Shown here piece after piece: positions 21,790 to 30,928 of a DNA stretch of 64,000 bases; positions within the stretch are counted from its first letter, which is position 1; each line of letters starts with the position of its first letter. A program made the position numbers and the translations under genes. Source of the stretch: an uncultured delta proteobacterium (GTDB lineage Bacteria; Myxococcota_A; Polyangia; Polyangiales; Polyangiaceae); contig CAWAIF010000003.1 of NCBI GenBank assembly GCA_963782055.1, forward strand, positions 768,001-832,000, written 5' to 3'. The notes beneath the pieces were generated by a model. The model ran no database searches. It was not told where the DNA came from and worked only from the letters and a program-made list of their open reading frames with translations.

Positions 21790-22005
21790 CGGCGTGGTCG
21801 CAGTCGGCCACGGCCCCAAGACGGGATCGCAGCACTCTCCGACGTAGCCCCGGTCCGCCCCGCCCCGACCTTTGAGGCCGATCCATCTCCTTGGAAGGCG
21901 TCGTCGACGTTGCCGCCGCCTCGTCCCCAGATCCTTCCCCCCGCACGTGGCGGCAGTGAGCAGCAGCCCGCCGGCCGCCGCGGCGAGGAGGGAGAGGAGC
22001 AGGGA
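21790..22005 (-). pseudogene. Degenerate Cys-rich lipoprotein paralogue fragment, copy 2
   Basis: Near-identical to 11085-11300. Confidence 0.6.
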
Positions 22006-22036
22006 TCTGGAGCGGCTTGCGCGCCTCCAGCTCGGG

Positions 22037-22492
22037 TCAGTGGCCCGGTCCGTAGCCGTCGCAGGTGACGCCTGGGTGCGCGTCACCGATGTTGGGGCAG
22101 CAACTGGTGGTGCCCACGGGGGGGCAACACGCCCAGACGGAGGGGTAAACAGCCACGTCCCATGCGCAGTGCGCGAGCCAGTGGGGACCGCCCTCCTCGT
22201 CTGGCGGCCAGAGCCCGCAGTAGATTCTTCGCCAGCCGCCATCGGCGTAGTAGGGCATGTGCGCGTCGTGATCGCAGTCGGCCACGGGCCCGAGGACGGG
22301 ATCGCAGCACTCTCCGACGTAGGCGCCGTCGCCCCCGTCCGTCGACCCGTCCCCGTGGAGGGCGGCGTCGACGTCGTCGCCGCCTTCCGCCCCGAAGAGC
22401 CGCCCCCCGCACGCGGCGACCGAGAGCAACGAGCCGGCGGCCGCCGCAGCCAGGAGGGAGACGAGCACGAGTCTGGAAGGTGTTGCATTCAT
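22037..22492 (-). CDS. Small Cys-rich lipoprotein, copy 2
   Basis: Homologous to 11332-11793, with a 6-bp deletion and a few substitutions. Confidence 0.7.
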   Translation of the reverse strand: MNATPSRLVLVSLLAAAAAGSLLSVAACGGRLFGAEGGDDVDAALHGDGSTDGGDGAYVGECCDPVLGPVADCDHDAHMPYYADGGWRRIYCGLWPPDEEGGPHWLAHCAWDVAVYPSVWACCPPVGTTSCCPNIGDAHPGVTCDGYGPGH

Positions 22493-22496
22493 CTCG

Positions 22497-24236
22497 TCAC
22501 GGAGGGGCGATGCTGGAGACGTGCATCACGCTGTGGCCGGAGGTCCAGTCGCCGCTGAAGTCGAGCCACCAGAGCCCGCCATTGGCCGAGATGGAGTTGT
22601 GCCGTCCGAGGACGTCCCAGTCGAAGCCGTTGTTGATGGGGACGCCCAGCAACGTAGCAGGCGCGGGTGGGACGGGCCAGATGCGGCCGAGGGACGGCCC
22701 CGAGAGGAAGCCCGGGTTTGCGACGGTGAACTGCGATGCAGTGACGCCGTACACCCCGCTCGGCTGGTTCTGGTGGGTGGAGTCCTCGATGGAGTCCACC
22801 CACGCCAAGCCGACCGAGCCGGTGCCGTAGCCCGTCCAGAAGTGATCGGCGGCCAGCGCCGGCAGGAACTGATCCTGCGGAGGGTTGCCGGGCTGGGTGC
22901 TGTGGTCGGAGTGAAAGACGGGCACAGGTCCGATGTAACCGGGCGCCGAGGGGAAGGTGAAGGCGTTCGACTCGATGTAGGTGCCCGGGATGGGGCCGTA
23001 GGTGTGGTTCCACACGGCGACCGCGTCGATCACCGAGCTGGTGTTGTGGTCGAAGGCGAGCTGCGACCGCGCGTCGTTGACGTAGCTCGCGTCACCGGGG
23101 AAGAAGCCGACGCACGTGGGCCACGGATCGTTCGTGGCGTGGGAATCGGGGAGCTGGTACCAGTGCAGGCCGTAGTCGTAGCTGACGGCCCCCTTCCATC
23201 GCTGGTTGAGCAGCACCTGTCCGCCGGTGGTGCAGTCGACGTGCAGCGTATCCTGGCCCCCCGTGTCGGTCGCGTTGACCGCAGGCCACTGCACCATCAC
23301 GAAGGGATTTCTCGATGGCGGGTTCTGCACCAGCCCGGAGACGATGCTCATGTTGTAGATGGTGCCGGTGAAGATGGGCCCTCCGGTGGAGTAGTAGGCC
23401 TGCTGGGCGAGGTCGATGTCGCGGGGTTCCGTGACCAGCGACCAGGCACCGGTCACCGGGTCCTGGGCGTAGCTGACGATCTGGAACCAGCGGTGACCGC
23501 CGAACGTCCAGGTCACGAAGATGTCGTTCGTTCCGGTGTCGTGGTGGTAGAAGTAGACGCCGTTGTTGCGGTCGGGGAGGTACGAGGCTGCCGCCGCCAG
23601 ATCGTCCAGCCCGATCTGGCCGGCGGATGTACCGGCGTCGTCCGTGGGGACGAGGTGCGGATCGTGCCACGTGACGCCACCGTCGGTGGACAGCACGATC
23701 GCCACGTACTTGTACTCGCAGGGGCACGCCCCGGGGATGCCGGCGCCCCGCCCCACCTGCGCGAGCAGCGCGATGGTGTTGGACTGGTCGGGATCACCGA
23801 CCGGGAGGAGGACGGGCTCCTTGCTGTACACCATCTCGTCGTTCGGATGGAGCTCGGTCCAGCGTGGGGGCGTCCCGGTGATGGCCGTCGTGAGCTCGAC
23901 GGCGGCCCCGCCGTTGTTCACGCTCACCGGGTTGAACCCGCACTGGTTCCCGACGAGGATGCGGACGGGCTGGTCGTTGGTGTGGGTCGACTCCTCCTCC
24001 CAGGCGGTGGTCGTCCGGAAGCCCTGGGGACACGTGGAGTCAGCGACCGTGATGGTCGACGACGTGGCAAAGTGGTTTTGTCCGCCGCCCGAGCCGAAGC
24101 CCGGGACGTTGGTGTACGTCGAGGCTGTCACCGAGTTCAGCGCCTCGGATGACGTGCTCACCGCCTCGTCGTCAACCGCGCACGCCGCCAGCACCGCGGC
24201 CAGGGTGGCGATGGCCGCCAGACTCAGTCGTTTCAT
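22497..24236 (-). CDS. Lipoprotein with Asp-box/BNR repeats (beta-propeller, sialidase-like fold), 579 aa
   Basis: AAGGAGG RBS; lipobox LAAC; STDGGVTW and SYDYGLHW Asp-boxes. Confidence 0.8.
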   Translation of the reverse strand: MKRLSLAAIATLAAVLAACAVDDEAVSTSSEALNSVTASTYTNVPGFGSGGGQNHFATSSTITVADSTCPQGFRTTTAWEEESTHTNDQPVRILVGNQCGFNPVSVNNGGAAVELTTAITGTPPRWTELHPNDEMVYSKEPVLLPVGDPDQSNTIALLAQVGRGAGIPGACPCEYKYVAIVLSTDGGVTWHDPHLVPTDDAGTSAGQIGLDDLAAAASYLPDRNNGVYFYHHDTGTNDIFVTWTFGGHRWFQIVSYAQDPVTGAWSLVTEPRDIDLAQQAYYSTGGPIFTGTIYNMSIVSGLVQNPPSRNPFVMVQWPAVNATDTGGQDTLHVDCTTGGQVLLNQRWKGAVSYDYGLHWYQLPDSHATNDPWPTCVGFFPGDASYVNDARSQLAFDHNTSSVIDAVAVWNHTYGPIPGTYIESNAFTFPSAPGYIGPVPVFHSDHSTQPGNPPQDQFLPALAADHFWTGYGTGSVGLAWVDSIEDSTHQNQPSGVYGVTASQFTVANPGFLSGPSLGRIWPVPPAPATLLGVPINNGFDWDVLGRHNSISANGGLWWLDFSGDWTSGHSVMHVSSIAPP

Positions 24237-24392
24237 GCGAACCTCCTTCGCCCGACGTCGCAGCCGGAGCTCGCCAGTGCCTGGCCCGCCACCGACTGCC
24301 TGCCTCGCCGTGCACCAACGACGCTACGCGGATCCCGTCATTCGTAAATACAAGCGAGCTTGTATGTTACCGATGGGGAAGCGATCTACAGA

Positions 24393-25574
24393 CTAGCGTG
24401 TACTCGACTTGGTGCCGCCGGTGACGCCGACGAAGAGGAGCGCGGCCAGGAACGCCGCGGCGCCGGCGGCGACGCCCTGCACGACGGCGTACGGCACGAG
24501 CGTCAGGTGCGGCTCGCCGTGCAGGGCGTAGCCGGCGAAGGCGGCGGCGAGCGACACGACGACCGCGGTGAGCCACGGGCGGAAGCGGTACATGAGCAGC
24601 GCGGGCACGAAGCCGATGAGCGCGGCGACGGCGGGGTAGACCAGCTCGAGGTGCGTGCCGAAGACGGGCAGCGGGCCGCTCCGGGCGAGGAGCTTCGCGC
24701 CCTCGGCGGCGAGCTTGGCGGCGCCCAGGCCGGCGCCGACGAAGAGGACCATGTAGCCGAAGGCGGTGAGCCCAGCGCGCGTGGTGAAGCGGCTGGGCGC
24801 CTTCTTCTTCACAACACGCTTCGCCGGCGCCGCGGCCTCGTCCGCGGCGCCGGTGCGCGCCGCGGTCGCCTTGCCGCGCGGGCCGGGCGCGGGCATCGGT
24901 CCGGAGGTCGACGGCGGCGCGTCGCCCACCGCGACCACCATGGGTGGCGGCGTGCTGGAGGGCACCACCTCCGAGATGGACGGTCGTGTCTTGAGCCCCT
25001 GCCCGTGCGCGCGGGCGCGTCGCAGGTAGTGCTCGCGGTCCGCGGCGGACACCGCGGGATCGTCGGCGAGGAGCAGGGCATGCCTCACGCTCCCCATCTC
25101 GGCGAGGGCGCGCGCGTACTCCGGGCTCTCCGGTGCGTCGGTCACCCCCGCGCTGCGCGCGGCGCTGCGGTACCACACGTCGGCCTTGTCGGCGTCGGCG
25201 CCGTAGTGCACGCCCAGCTCGTAGAGGTTGGCGAGGTAGACCTTCGCCTCCACGAACCCGCCGTCGGCGGAGGCGCGCAGGTGCGCGGCGCCCTCCTTCA
25301 GGTCCTGCGGGACGACGCCGCCGGCGAGGTGGAAGAGGGCGAGGGCGTACTCCGCCTCCGGGCTGCCCAGCTTCGCCGCGGCGGCGTACGCCTCGTAGCA
25401 CCGGCGAAGGTCCTTCGGCTGGCCGTGCAGGCCGCCGCGGAAGGCCCTGGCGAGGAGCAGCAGACCCTCGACGTCGCCGGCGCGCTCCAGGTCCTCGCGC
25501 GTGCCGAGCTCGACTTCCCCCTCTGCCTCGGGGAGGTCTTCCTCTTGCTCGCCTTCAGGACGCGGGGCCGCCAT
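24393..25574 (-). CDS. Sel1-repeat protein with C-terminal multi-TM domain, copy 2
   Basis: Sel1 repeats; start overlaps the SrfC-like stop by 20 bp. Confidence 0.85.
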   Translation of the reverse strand: MAAPRPEGEQEEDLPEAEGEVELGTREDLERAGDVEGLLLLARAFRGGLHGQPKDLRRCYEAYAAAAKLGSPEAEYALALFHLAGGVVPQDLKEGAAHLRASADGGFVEAKVYLANLYELGVHYGADADKADVWYRSAARSAGVTDAPESPEYARALAEMGSVRHALLLADDPAVSAADREHYLRRARAHGQGLKTRPSISEVVPSSTPPPMVVAVGDAPPSTSGPMPAPGPRGKATAARTGAADEAAAPAKRVVKKKAPSRFTTRAGLTAFGYMVLFVGAGLGAAKLAAEGAKLLARSGPLPVFGTHLELVYPAVAALIGFVPALLMYRFRPWLTAVVVSLAAAFAGYALHGEPHLTLVPYAVVQGVAAGAAAFLAALLFVGVTGGTKSSTR

Positions 25575-28086
25575 GGGCTCTCTCCACCTCGGCGAGCACC
25601 GCCAGCAGCCGGCGGGTGCGCGGCTCGTCGGCGGGCGGCCTGGGGGAGCTGCCGCGGTTCTTCAGGTAGAACTCGCCCAGGTGCTCGGCCCAGGTGCGGT
25701 ACCTGCGCCGGCCCGCGAAGATGATCTCCACGTCCGCGGCGGGGGTGGACTCGTCGGCGTCGAAGTCGACGTTGCTCCAGTCGATGGCGTCGCCCGGCTG
25801 GCCGGGCCGGCCGAGCTCCTCGGCGTAGCTGAGCCGCACCGGCGGCGTCGGGGTGGCGCGCTCGCCCGTCTCCAGCAGGCCCACCATGGCGTCGGTGACC
25901 TTCACCTGCAGGATGCGCGCGACCAGACGGAAGCTCACCGTGCTGCGGGAGAAGTACGGGTAGATGGCGGTGCCCAGGATGGGCAGCACCTGCCGCGAGG
26001 TGCACACCTCCCGCACGAAGCCGTCCACCATCGCCTGGGGGAGCGCGAGGTCGGACTCGCGGATGCGCTCGCTCGCGGTCTGCATCCACCACTTGAGGGT
26101 GTGCACCAGCACGCGCTTGACCTTGTCGCTCGCCTTGATGGACATGGGCGCCACCTGCGACCACGCGCGGCGCACCTCGTCCTCCAGCTCGTCGTCGTCC
26201 GCCACGAAGCGGCGCACCAGATCGCCGAAGACGGCGCCGCTCGCCCGGCGGCGCATCTCGCGGTCGACCGCCTCCACCAGCTCGCGCGCGCTCGCCGCGA
26301 TGCGCTCGCGCTCCTCCGCCTCGTCGCGCGAGGGCGTGAGGGAGCGCAGCACGTTGACCAGCTCGCCGTGGATGGCCTTGCCCTCCGCCTCCAGCTCGCG
26401 GGCCTTCACGTCGTCCTGCATCTTGTCGCGCAGGGCGGTGCAGAGGAGGGGCACGCCGCTGCGCGGCAGGCCATCGTCGCCGGCGCCCTCCACCGCCGCC
26501 CACTTCGCCTCGAAGCGGGCGATGTGCCGCTGCACCGCGCGCGACTGCATGTAGCCGGTCTTGACCACGTCGTAGTCGGGCTCGGCCGGCTTCAGCGTCG
26601 TCATCTGGTCGGCGTAGGGGTTTCTGACCCAGAACATGTTGGCGAAGGGGCGGCTCTTGGCCCCCCAGTTGTAGAGCCACGACGAGGCGCCGCGCGCCCA
26701 GAACTCCACGCACGCCTCCTGCACGCGCGAGTCCCAGCGGTCGCGCGCGTTGTCGCTGCGCAGCGCGCCGAGGCTCATGTCGTACTTCGTCAGCGCGACG
26801 AAGAGGCTGGGTCGCTCCACGTCGCCGGCGAGGGTGGGGGTGGGGGAGCCGTGGCGGATGCGCAGCCAGCTCTCCACCTGCGACTGCATCTGGATGGCCT
26901 CCGGCTTCGTCGGACCGGGGGAGCAGAGGACCAGGGCGGTGATCTCGCGGTCCAGCGAGTACTGCTCGAAGAGGTAGGTGAGCTTGCCGCGCTTGTAGAC
27001 CTCGATGGCGTTGTCCATCTGGCCGGTGGACAGCTCCGCCTGGCCGAAGCCGTTGATGCCCTTGAGGGCGCGGCCGCCGGGGAAGTCGAGCAGATCGCAC
27101 ATCTCCAGCAGGGAGCCCTTCGCGCGGGCGAGCTGCAGGCGGATCTCGGCGATGAGGCCGGCGAGGACGCCGGGGGCGATCTGCGACTCGCGCGCGCCGC
27201 CGGCGGGGCGCACGCGCATCATGCCGCCGCCCTTGCCCATCGCGTTGAGGCAGGCGGCGTCGATGATGCTGGTGCCCTCGCTGGACGCGCGCACGTGCTC
27301 CAGACCGACCTCCACCACCTCGGCGTCGCCGACGGCCTCCAGGCCCTGGCAGAGCAGGCGCAGCACCTGATCGAGGTCCGGCGCGTGGCCGGGGCCGCCC
27401 CAGAGCAGGGAGAAGACGAGCTGCCAGCCGGCGACCGAGGCGATGTCCTTCTTCCACGCGTCGCTCTTGAGGGCCGTGCGGGCGCGGAGCTCGTTCAGGT
27501 AGGGGTGGCGGTCCTGGTACTTCTTGTTCAGGCCGTGCCAGACGGCGTCCCACGCGGCGCGGTAGGCGGGCGGGGCAGCCGCGCCGGAGAGGAGGCGCGC
27601 GTCGCGCAGGCACTTCTCCACGCGATCGCTGGCGATGCTGGGGGAGGTGCACTCGACGAGGAAGCCGGTGGCGAGCGACTCCAGCACGCCCTCGAGTGAG
27701 AGGAGCTGGCAGAGAAAACCGCTCTGCACCGGCTCCGCCGGGTCGTGAGTGGAGAAGCGGGTGACGACGCCGGTGGACTCCACGCCCTTGGCCGGGTTGA
27801 TCTCCTTCAGGAAGTCGATCTGCCGGCCGCCGCAGCGCACCTCCAGGGTGCCGAGCTCGTGGGAGAGGATGGCACCGACCAGGAAGGACTTGCCCGCCTG
27901 CGAAGGGCCGAAGAGGCCGAGCGCCTGCGGACGGCCGCTGGCGCGCGCGAGCTTGCGCACGCGCACCGAGAGATCGTGCAGGACGTGAGACTCCGCCTGG
28001 TGCTCGCCGTCGCCGCCGGGAAGCGCGAGCGCCTGGGCGGCGTCGGAGACGCCCTGAGAGAGTGCGTGAAGCGTGCTCGGGTCCAT
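25555..28086 (-). CDS. SrfC-like ('putative virulence factor') P-loop GTPase, dynamin-like motif set, 843 aa
   Basis: GLFGPSQAGKS (G1), NP..GVESTGVVTRFS (G2), LLDFPG (G3), KRGKLTYLFEQY, LTKYD (G4): the SrfC family pattern as I recall it. Confidence 0.8.
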   Translation of the reverse strand: MDPSTLHALSQGVSDAAQALALPGGDGEHQAESHVLHDLSVRVRKLARASGRPQALGLFGPSQAGKSFLVGAILSHELGTLEVRCGGRQIDFLKEINPAKGVESTGVVTRFSTHDPAEPVQSGFLCQLLSLEGVLESLATGFLVECTSPSIASDRVEKCLRDARLLSGAAAPPAYRAAWDAVWHGLNKKYQDRHPYLNELRARTALKSDAWKKDIASVAGWQLVFSLLWGGPGHAPDLDQVLRLLCQGLEAVGDAEVVEVGLEHVRASSEGTSIIDAACLNAMGKGGGMMRVRPAGGARESQIAPGVLAGLIAEIRLQLARAKGSLLEMCDLLDFPGGRALKGINGFGQAELSTGQMDNAIEVYKRGKLTYLFEQYSLDREITALVLCSPGPTKPEAIQMQSQVESWLRIRHGSPTPTLAGDVERPSLFVALTKYDMSLGALRSDNARDRWDSRVQEACVEFWARGASSWLYNWGAKSRPFANMFWVRNPYADQMTTLKPAEPDYDVVKTGYMQSRAVQRHIARFEAKWAAVEGAGDDGLPRSGVPLLCTALRDKMQDDVKARELEAEGKAIHGELVNVLRSLTPSRDEAEERERIAASARELVEAVDREMRRRASGAVFGDLVRRFVADDDELEDEVRRAWSQVAPMSIKASDKVKRVLVHTLKWWMQTASERIRESDLALPQAMVDGFVREVCTSRQVLPILGTAIYPYFSRSTVSFRLVARILQVKVTDAMVGLLETGERATPTPPVRLSYAEELGRPGQPGDAIDWSNVDFDADESTPAADVEIIFAGRRRYRTWAEHLGEFYLKNRGSSPRPPADEPRTRRLLAVLAEVERAHGGPAS

Positions 28087-28106
28087 CCGGCGCTCATCCT
28101 ACTGCA

Positions 28107-29327
28107 TCAGAAGGGGTGCCAGCCCCCCGCCTTGTCCATCCACTCGACGTGCACGCCCTGGAAGCTGCCGCCCGGCTTGAGCGTCACCACGTAGGTGTTG
28201 CCCGCGCCGCCGGGGGGCGTGGTGGCGGCCACCAGCGCCTGGCCCTGCGTGACCCTCCACCGCACGGCATCCGGTCGGAAGTGCGTGCGCGTCGGCGCCG
28301 CCGTCCCGGCGCCAATCCCGCCGCCCGTGACGACGACGGTGCCGGTCCCCATGCCGGTGCCGGTGCCCGTGCCCAGCTCGCCGCCGTCCCCCGCGGCCTC
28401 TCCGTCCCCCGCGGCCTCGGCATCGCCCCCGGCGGCGCCGTCGTCGCTGGCGTCTGCCGCCGCACCACCGTCACCCGCCATCGCCGCGGCGTCCGCGCTC
28501 GCCGCGCCATCGGCCGCGGCACCATCGGCGACGGCGCCGTCGGCGTGGGCCGCGCCGTCGGCGGCTGCCGCGTCGGCTGCCGGCTCCGGCGCGAGGCCTC
28601 CGCACGAGCGGAGCAGCCACGCCAGGCCGATGAGCACCGCCATCGCGAAGAGACCGGAGAGGATCCAGAGCCACCACGGCAGGATCTTCTTCTCCCCGTG
28701 CTCCGGCGGCTTCTCCTCTTCCTTCTGCTCCTCTTCTTCCTTCTTCTCCTCCGCCCGCTTCTCTTGCGGGGGGACGGCGGCGGTCTCCGTCGCGGGAGCG
28801 GCGGCAGCAACGGCGGCGGCGGCCGCGGCTGCAGCGGCCGTCTCGGCGCTGCCGAGCTTCGTCCAGTCGACCCAGCCGAAGACACGCACCTCCTGCCCGG
28901 CGAGGGTGCGCGGCGAGGCCCCCCAGTGGATGGCGAGGACCTTCTTCTGCACGGGATCGAAGTAGTAGTGCTCCTCCTCGTTCTCCGCCGCGGAGCCCGG
29001 CTGCAGGCCGGCGGGGAAGGTGAGGGCGTCCTTGAACTTGCGGTAGCCGGAGTCCTCCCGCCCGAGCTCCTCGGCGGTGCGCTCCAGGCACTTGACGAAG
29101 TCGCCCACCGCCGCCTCGACCTCGGCCGGGTGCTGCGCGCGGGCGTCGCGGAGCGGAACGAGTCCTTCCAGGTCCCAGATCACGCGGGAGGGGAGGCTGT
29201 CGGCCCCTTCGGTCTCGGGGACGAGGAGGCGACCGTCGAAGAACTGCGGCTGGTTGAGGTCCGGCGCGAGCTTCCAGATGGAGACGCCGCCGACGAGGTT
29301 GGGAAGCCAGGTCGCCTTGTCGTTCAC
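28107..29327 (-). CDS. SrfA-like single-pass membrane protein, 406 aa
   Basis: N-domain ending ALTFP..YY..VLAIHWG, charged linker, WWLWIL..WLLRSC TM, Ala/Asp/Gly linker; directly upstream of the SrfC-like gene. Confidence 0.6.
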   Translation of the reverse strand: MNDKATWLPNLVGGVSIWKLAPDLNQPQFFDGRLLVPETEGADSLPSRVIWDLEGLVPLRDARAQHPAEVEAAVGDFVKCLERTAEELGREDSGYRKFKDALTFPAGLQPGSAAENEEEHYYFDPVQKKVLAIHWGASPRTLAGQEVRVFGWVDWTKLGSAETAAAAAAAAAVAAAAPATETAAVPPQEKRAEEKKEEEEQKEEEKPPEHGEKKILPWWLWILSGLFAMAVLIGLAWLLRSCGGLAPEPAADAAAADGAAHADGAVADGAAADGAASADAAAMAGDGGAAADASDDGAAGGDAEAAGDGEAAGDGGELGTGTGTGMGTGTVVVTGGGIGAGTAAPTRTHFRPDAVRWRVTQGQALVAATTPPGGAGNTYVVTLKPGGSFQGVHVEWMDKAGGWHPF

Positions 29328-29995
29328 GTTCGCACCAGCGCGCGCGAGCGCACCATCCCGGTGGCGGTGATCCGGCAGAGGAAGCTCTTCGGCACGACGG
29401 CCTTGGACTTCGGGTCGGAACCGGGCTCGCGCTCGTGGAGCTGGGAGTCGAACACCTGGGTGTGGTCCACGCTCTCCAGGCGCAGGCGCGGGAGCTCGCT
29501 GGACATGAGGGTGGCGAGGAGCGGGGCGATCACCGCGACGTTGGCGCGGTCGGCGTTGCGGTCCTCTGCGAAGGCGTAAAAGAGGCGGCTGGAGGCCAGG
29601 CCCACCTGCATGCGCAGGTCTTCGTCGATGGGGGCGCGGAAGAAGAAGTTGAGGGCGGCCGCCAGGGTGAAGCCGGCGTCCTCGTCGAGCTGCTCGGCGA
29701 GCTCGCCGAAGAAGAGGCGGAGGGGGAAGGCCTTGTCCGCCGGTCGCGCGCCGAGGATGTCGTCGCCGAGGATGTCGCCCAGCACGAGCCGGGAGAGGAC
29801 GGAGTCGGTCAGGCGGCTGGCGCTTCGTGGCGCCGCGGGCACCGCGGAGAGGCGCTCCGGCGAGCCGGTGGCGACGGTGGGGGCGGGCGTGTCGACGCGG
29901 CCGAGGCGCGCGTCGACCGCTGCACGGAGGGTGTCCTTGTCGGTGGAAGCGACGAGGGCGTCGAGGACTGCGCCGAGGAGGTCAGGGCGGCTCAC
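29324..29995 (-). CDS. Hypothetical protein with a GrpE-like C-terminal beta-domain, 223 aa
   Basis: GTGA overlap with the SrfA-like gene; C-terminus VFDSQLHE..V...F......VRSRALV resembles GrpE FDPxxHE..RxAxV. Confidence 0.6.
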   Translation of the reverse strand: MSRPDLLGAVLDALVASTDKDTLRAAVDARLGRVDTPAPTVATGSPERLSAVPAAPRSASRLTDSVLSRLVLGDILGDDILGARPADKAFPLRLFFGELAEQLDEDAGFTLAAALNFFFRAPIDEDLRMQVGLASSRLFYAFAEDRNADRANVAVIAPLLATLMSSELPRLRLESVDHTQVFDSQLHEREPGSDPKSKAVVPKSFLCRITATGMVRSRALVRT

Positions 29996-30061
29996 GGGCT
30001 GATATTCACCCGGAGCGCGAGGGGGATCCAGCGAAAGGGGTGGGGCGGGGTGGAGCGGCCG

Positions 30062-30616
30062 TCATCTAGCCGGCGGACGCGCCGGGAACGGCTTCATCAC
30101 GCGATCGACCACGCCCCGGACGCGCGCGTCATCGGGCTTCTGCGGGTCGATCTCGGTGGTCGCGGCGCCGTGCCAGACCTGACCCCCGGTCCTGTCCAGG
30201 ACGTCGATGACGATGCCGCCTTCGACCGCGCTGCGCGTCTCGTCTCCATCCCCCCCGCGCGCCGTCACGCGCCACGAGCGCCCCACGACGGTCTCCACGT
30301 CTCGCCGGCCCGCCGAGCACAGGATGACCAGCTCGCCCTGACCCGGCGGCGCGAGCACGTAGCCCTTCTGCTCGAGCGCCTGCGTGATGGACGCCTTCAT
30401 CAGGTCGATGACGTGAGCGGAGCGCGGTGACTGCGGGTAGTCGCTGAGCGCGCGCTGGTGGTAGGCCGAGGCTCCCGTCGTGGGCGCGAAGGAGAACGTG
30501 CGGTAGTGCACGATCGGCGCGGTCTCGAGCGAGGTCGTTTGAACATCGGTCGGCGGCGCGCACGCCGCGCCTCCCAGCGCGAGCAGACCGGCGAGGACGG
30601 AGACGACCGGCTTCAT
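30062..30616 (-). CDS. DUF4136-family lipoprotein
   Basis: Lipobox GAAC; YRTFSF, I.QAL..KGY, EGGIVIDVLD...VWHG, FP C-terminus. Confidence 0.8.
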   Translation of the reverse strand: MKPVVSVLAGLLALGGAACAPPTDVQTTSLETAPIVHYRTFSFAPTTGASAYHQRALSDYPQSPRSAHVIDLMKASITQALEQKGYVLAPPGQGELVILCSAGRRDVETVVGRSWRVTARGGDGDETRSAVEGGIVIDVLDRTGGQVWHGAATTEIDPQKPDDARVRGVVDRVMKPFPARPPAR

Positions 30617-30708
30617 GCGATGACCGGCTGCATCCGTCATGCCGCGGCGCCGCAGGACGTCCCGACCGCGCGCTCGTGGCACCGGCACACGAAAAGAACG
30701 GCGGCCGC

Positions 30709-30736
30709 GCACGAGACGCACGAGACGCACGAGACG
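30709..30736. repeat. 9-bp tandem repeat (GCACGAGAC)x3
   Basis: Read directly in the divergent intergenic region. Confidence 0.85.
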
Positions 30737-30928
30737 TGAAGACCGGCGATTGCGGCACCGGACTTCTGCGCGATGCAAGGCGTGCTCACGTCGCGCACGC
30801 GCCGCGGCGCTACGCGTCTCTCGCTCGTCGCTGCCTCCTCCGAAATGTCGATGGACCGCCTGTTGCTTGGGGGACCGCGACCGTCCGCACGCCGCGGCAA
30901 CAGTGCGAAAGGGACAGGGAGGTTCGAC

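Larger units (their letters stand above)
15625..27268 (+). repeat. Copy 2 of ~11 kb tandem segmental duplication
   Basis: Begins at the junction ..GTCGATGATG|GTGGTCATGAAG; ends where 27268 matches 15624. Confidence 0.95.

Noticed and set aside
4600..27268. Diversity-generating retroelement or targeted hypermutation explaining differences between the copies
   Set aside because: Differences are mainly synonymous C/G third-position changes, not adenine-specific; no reverse transcriptase present
28300..28850. Repetitive GC-rich DNA in the SrfA-like gene (also 42340-42500 and 63760-64000)
   Set aside because: Encodes low-complexity Ala/Asp/Gly linkers; not an independent repeat element
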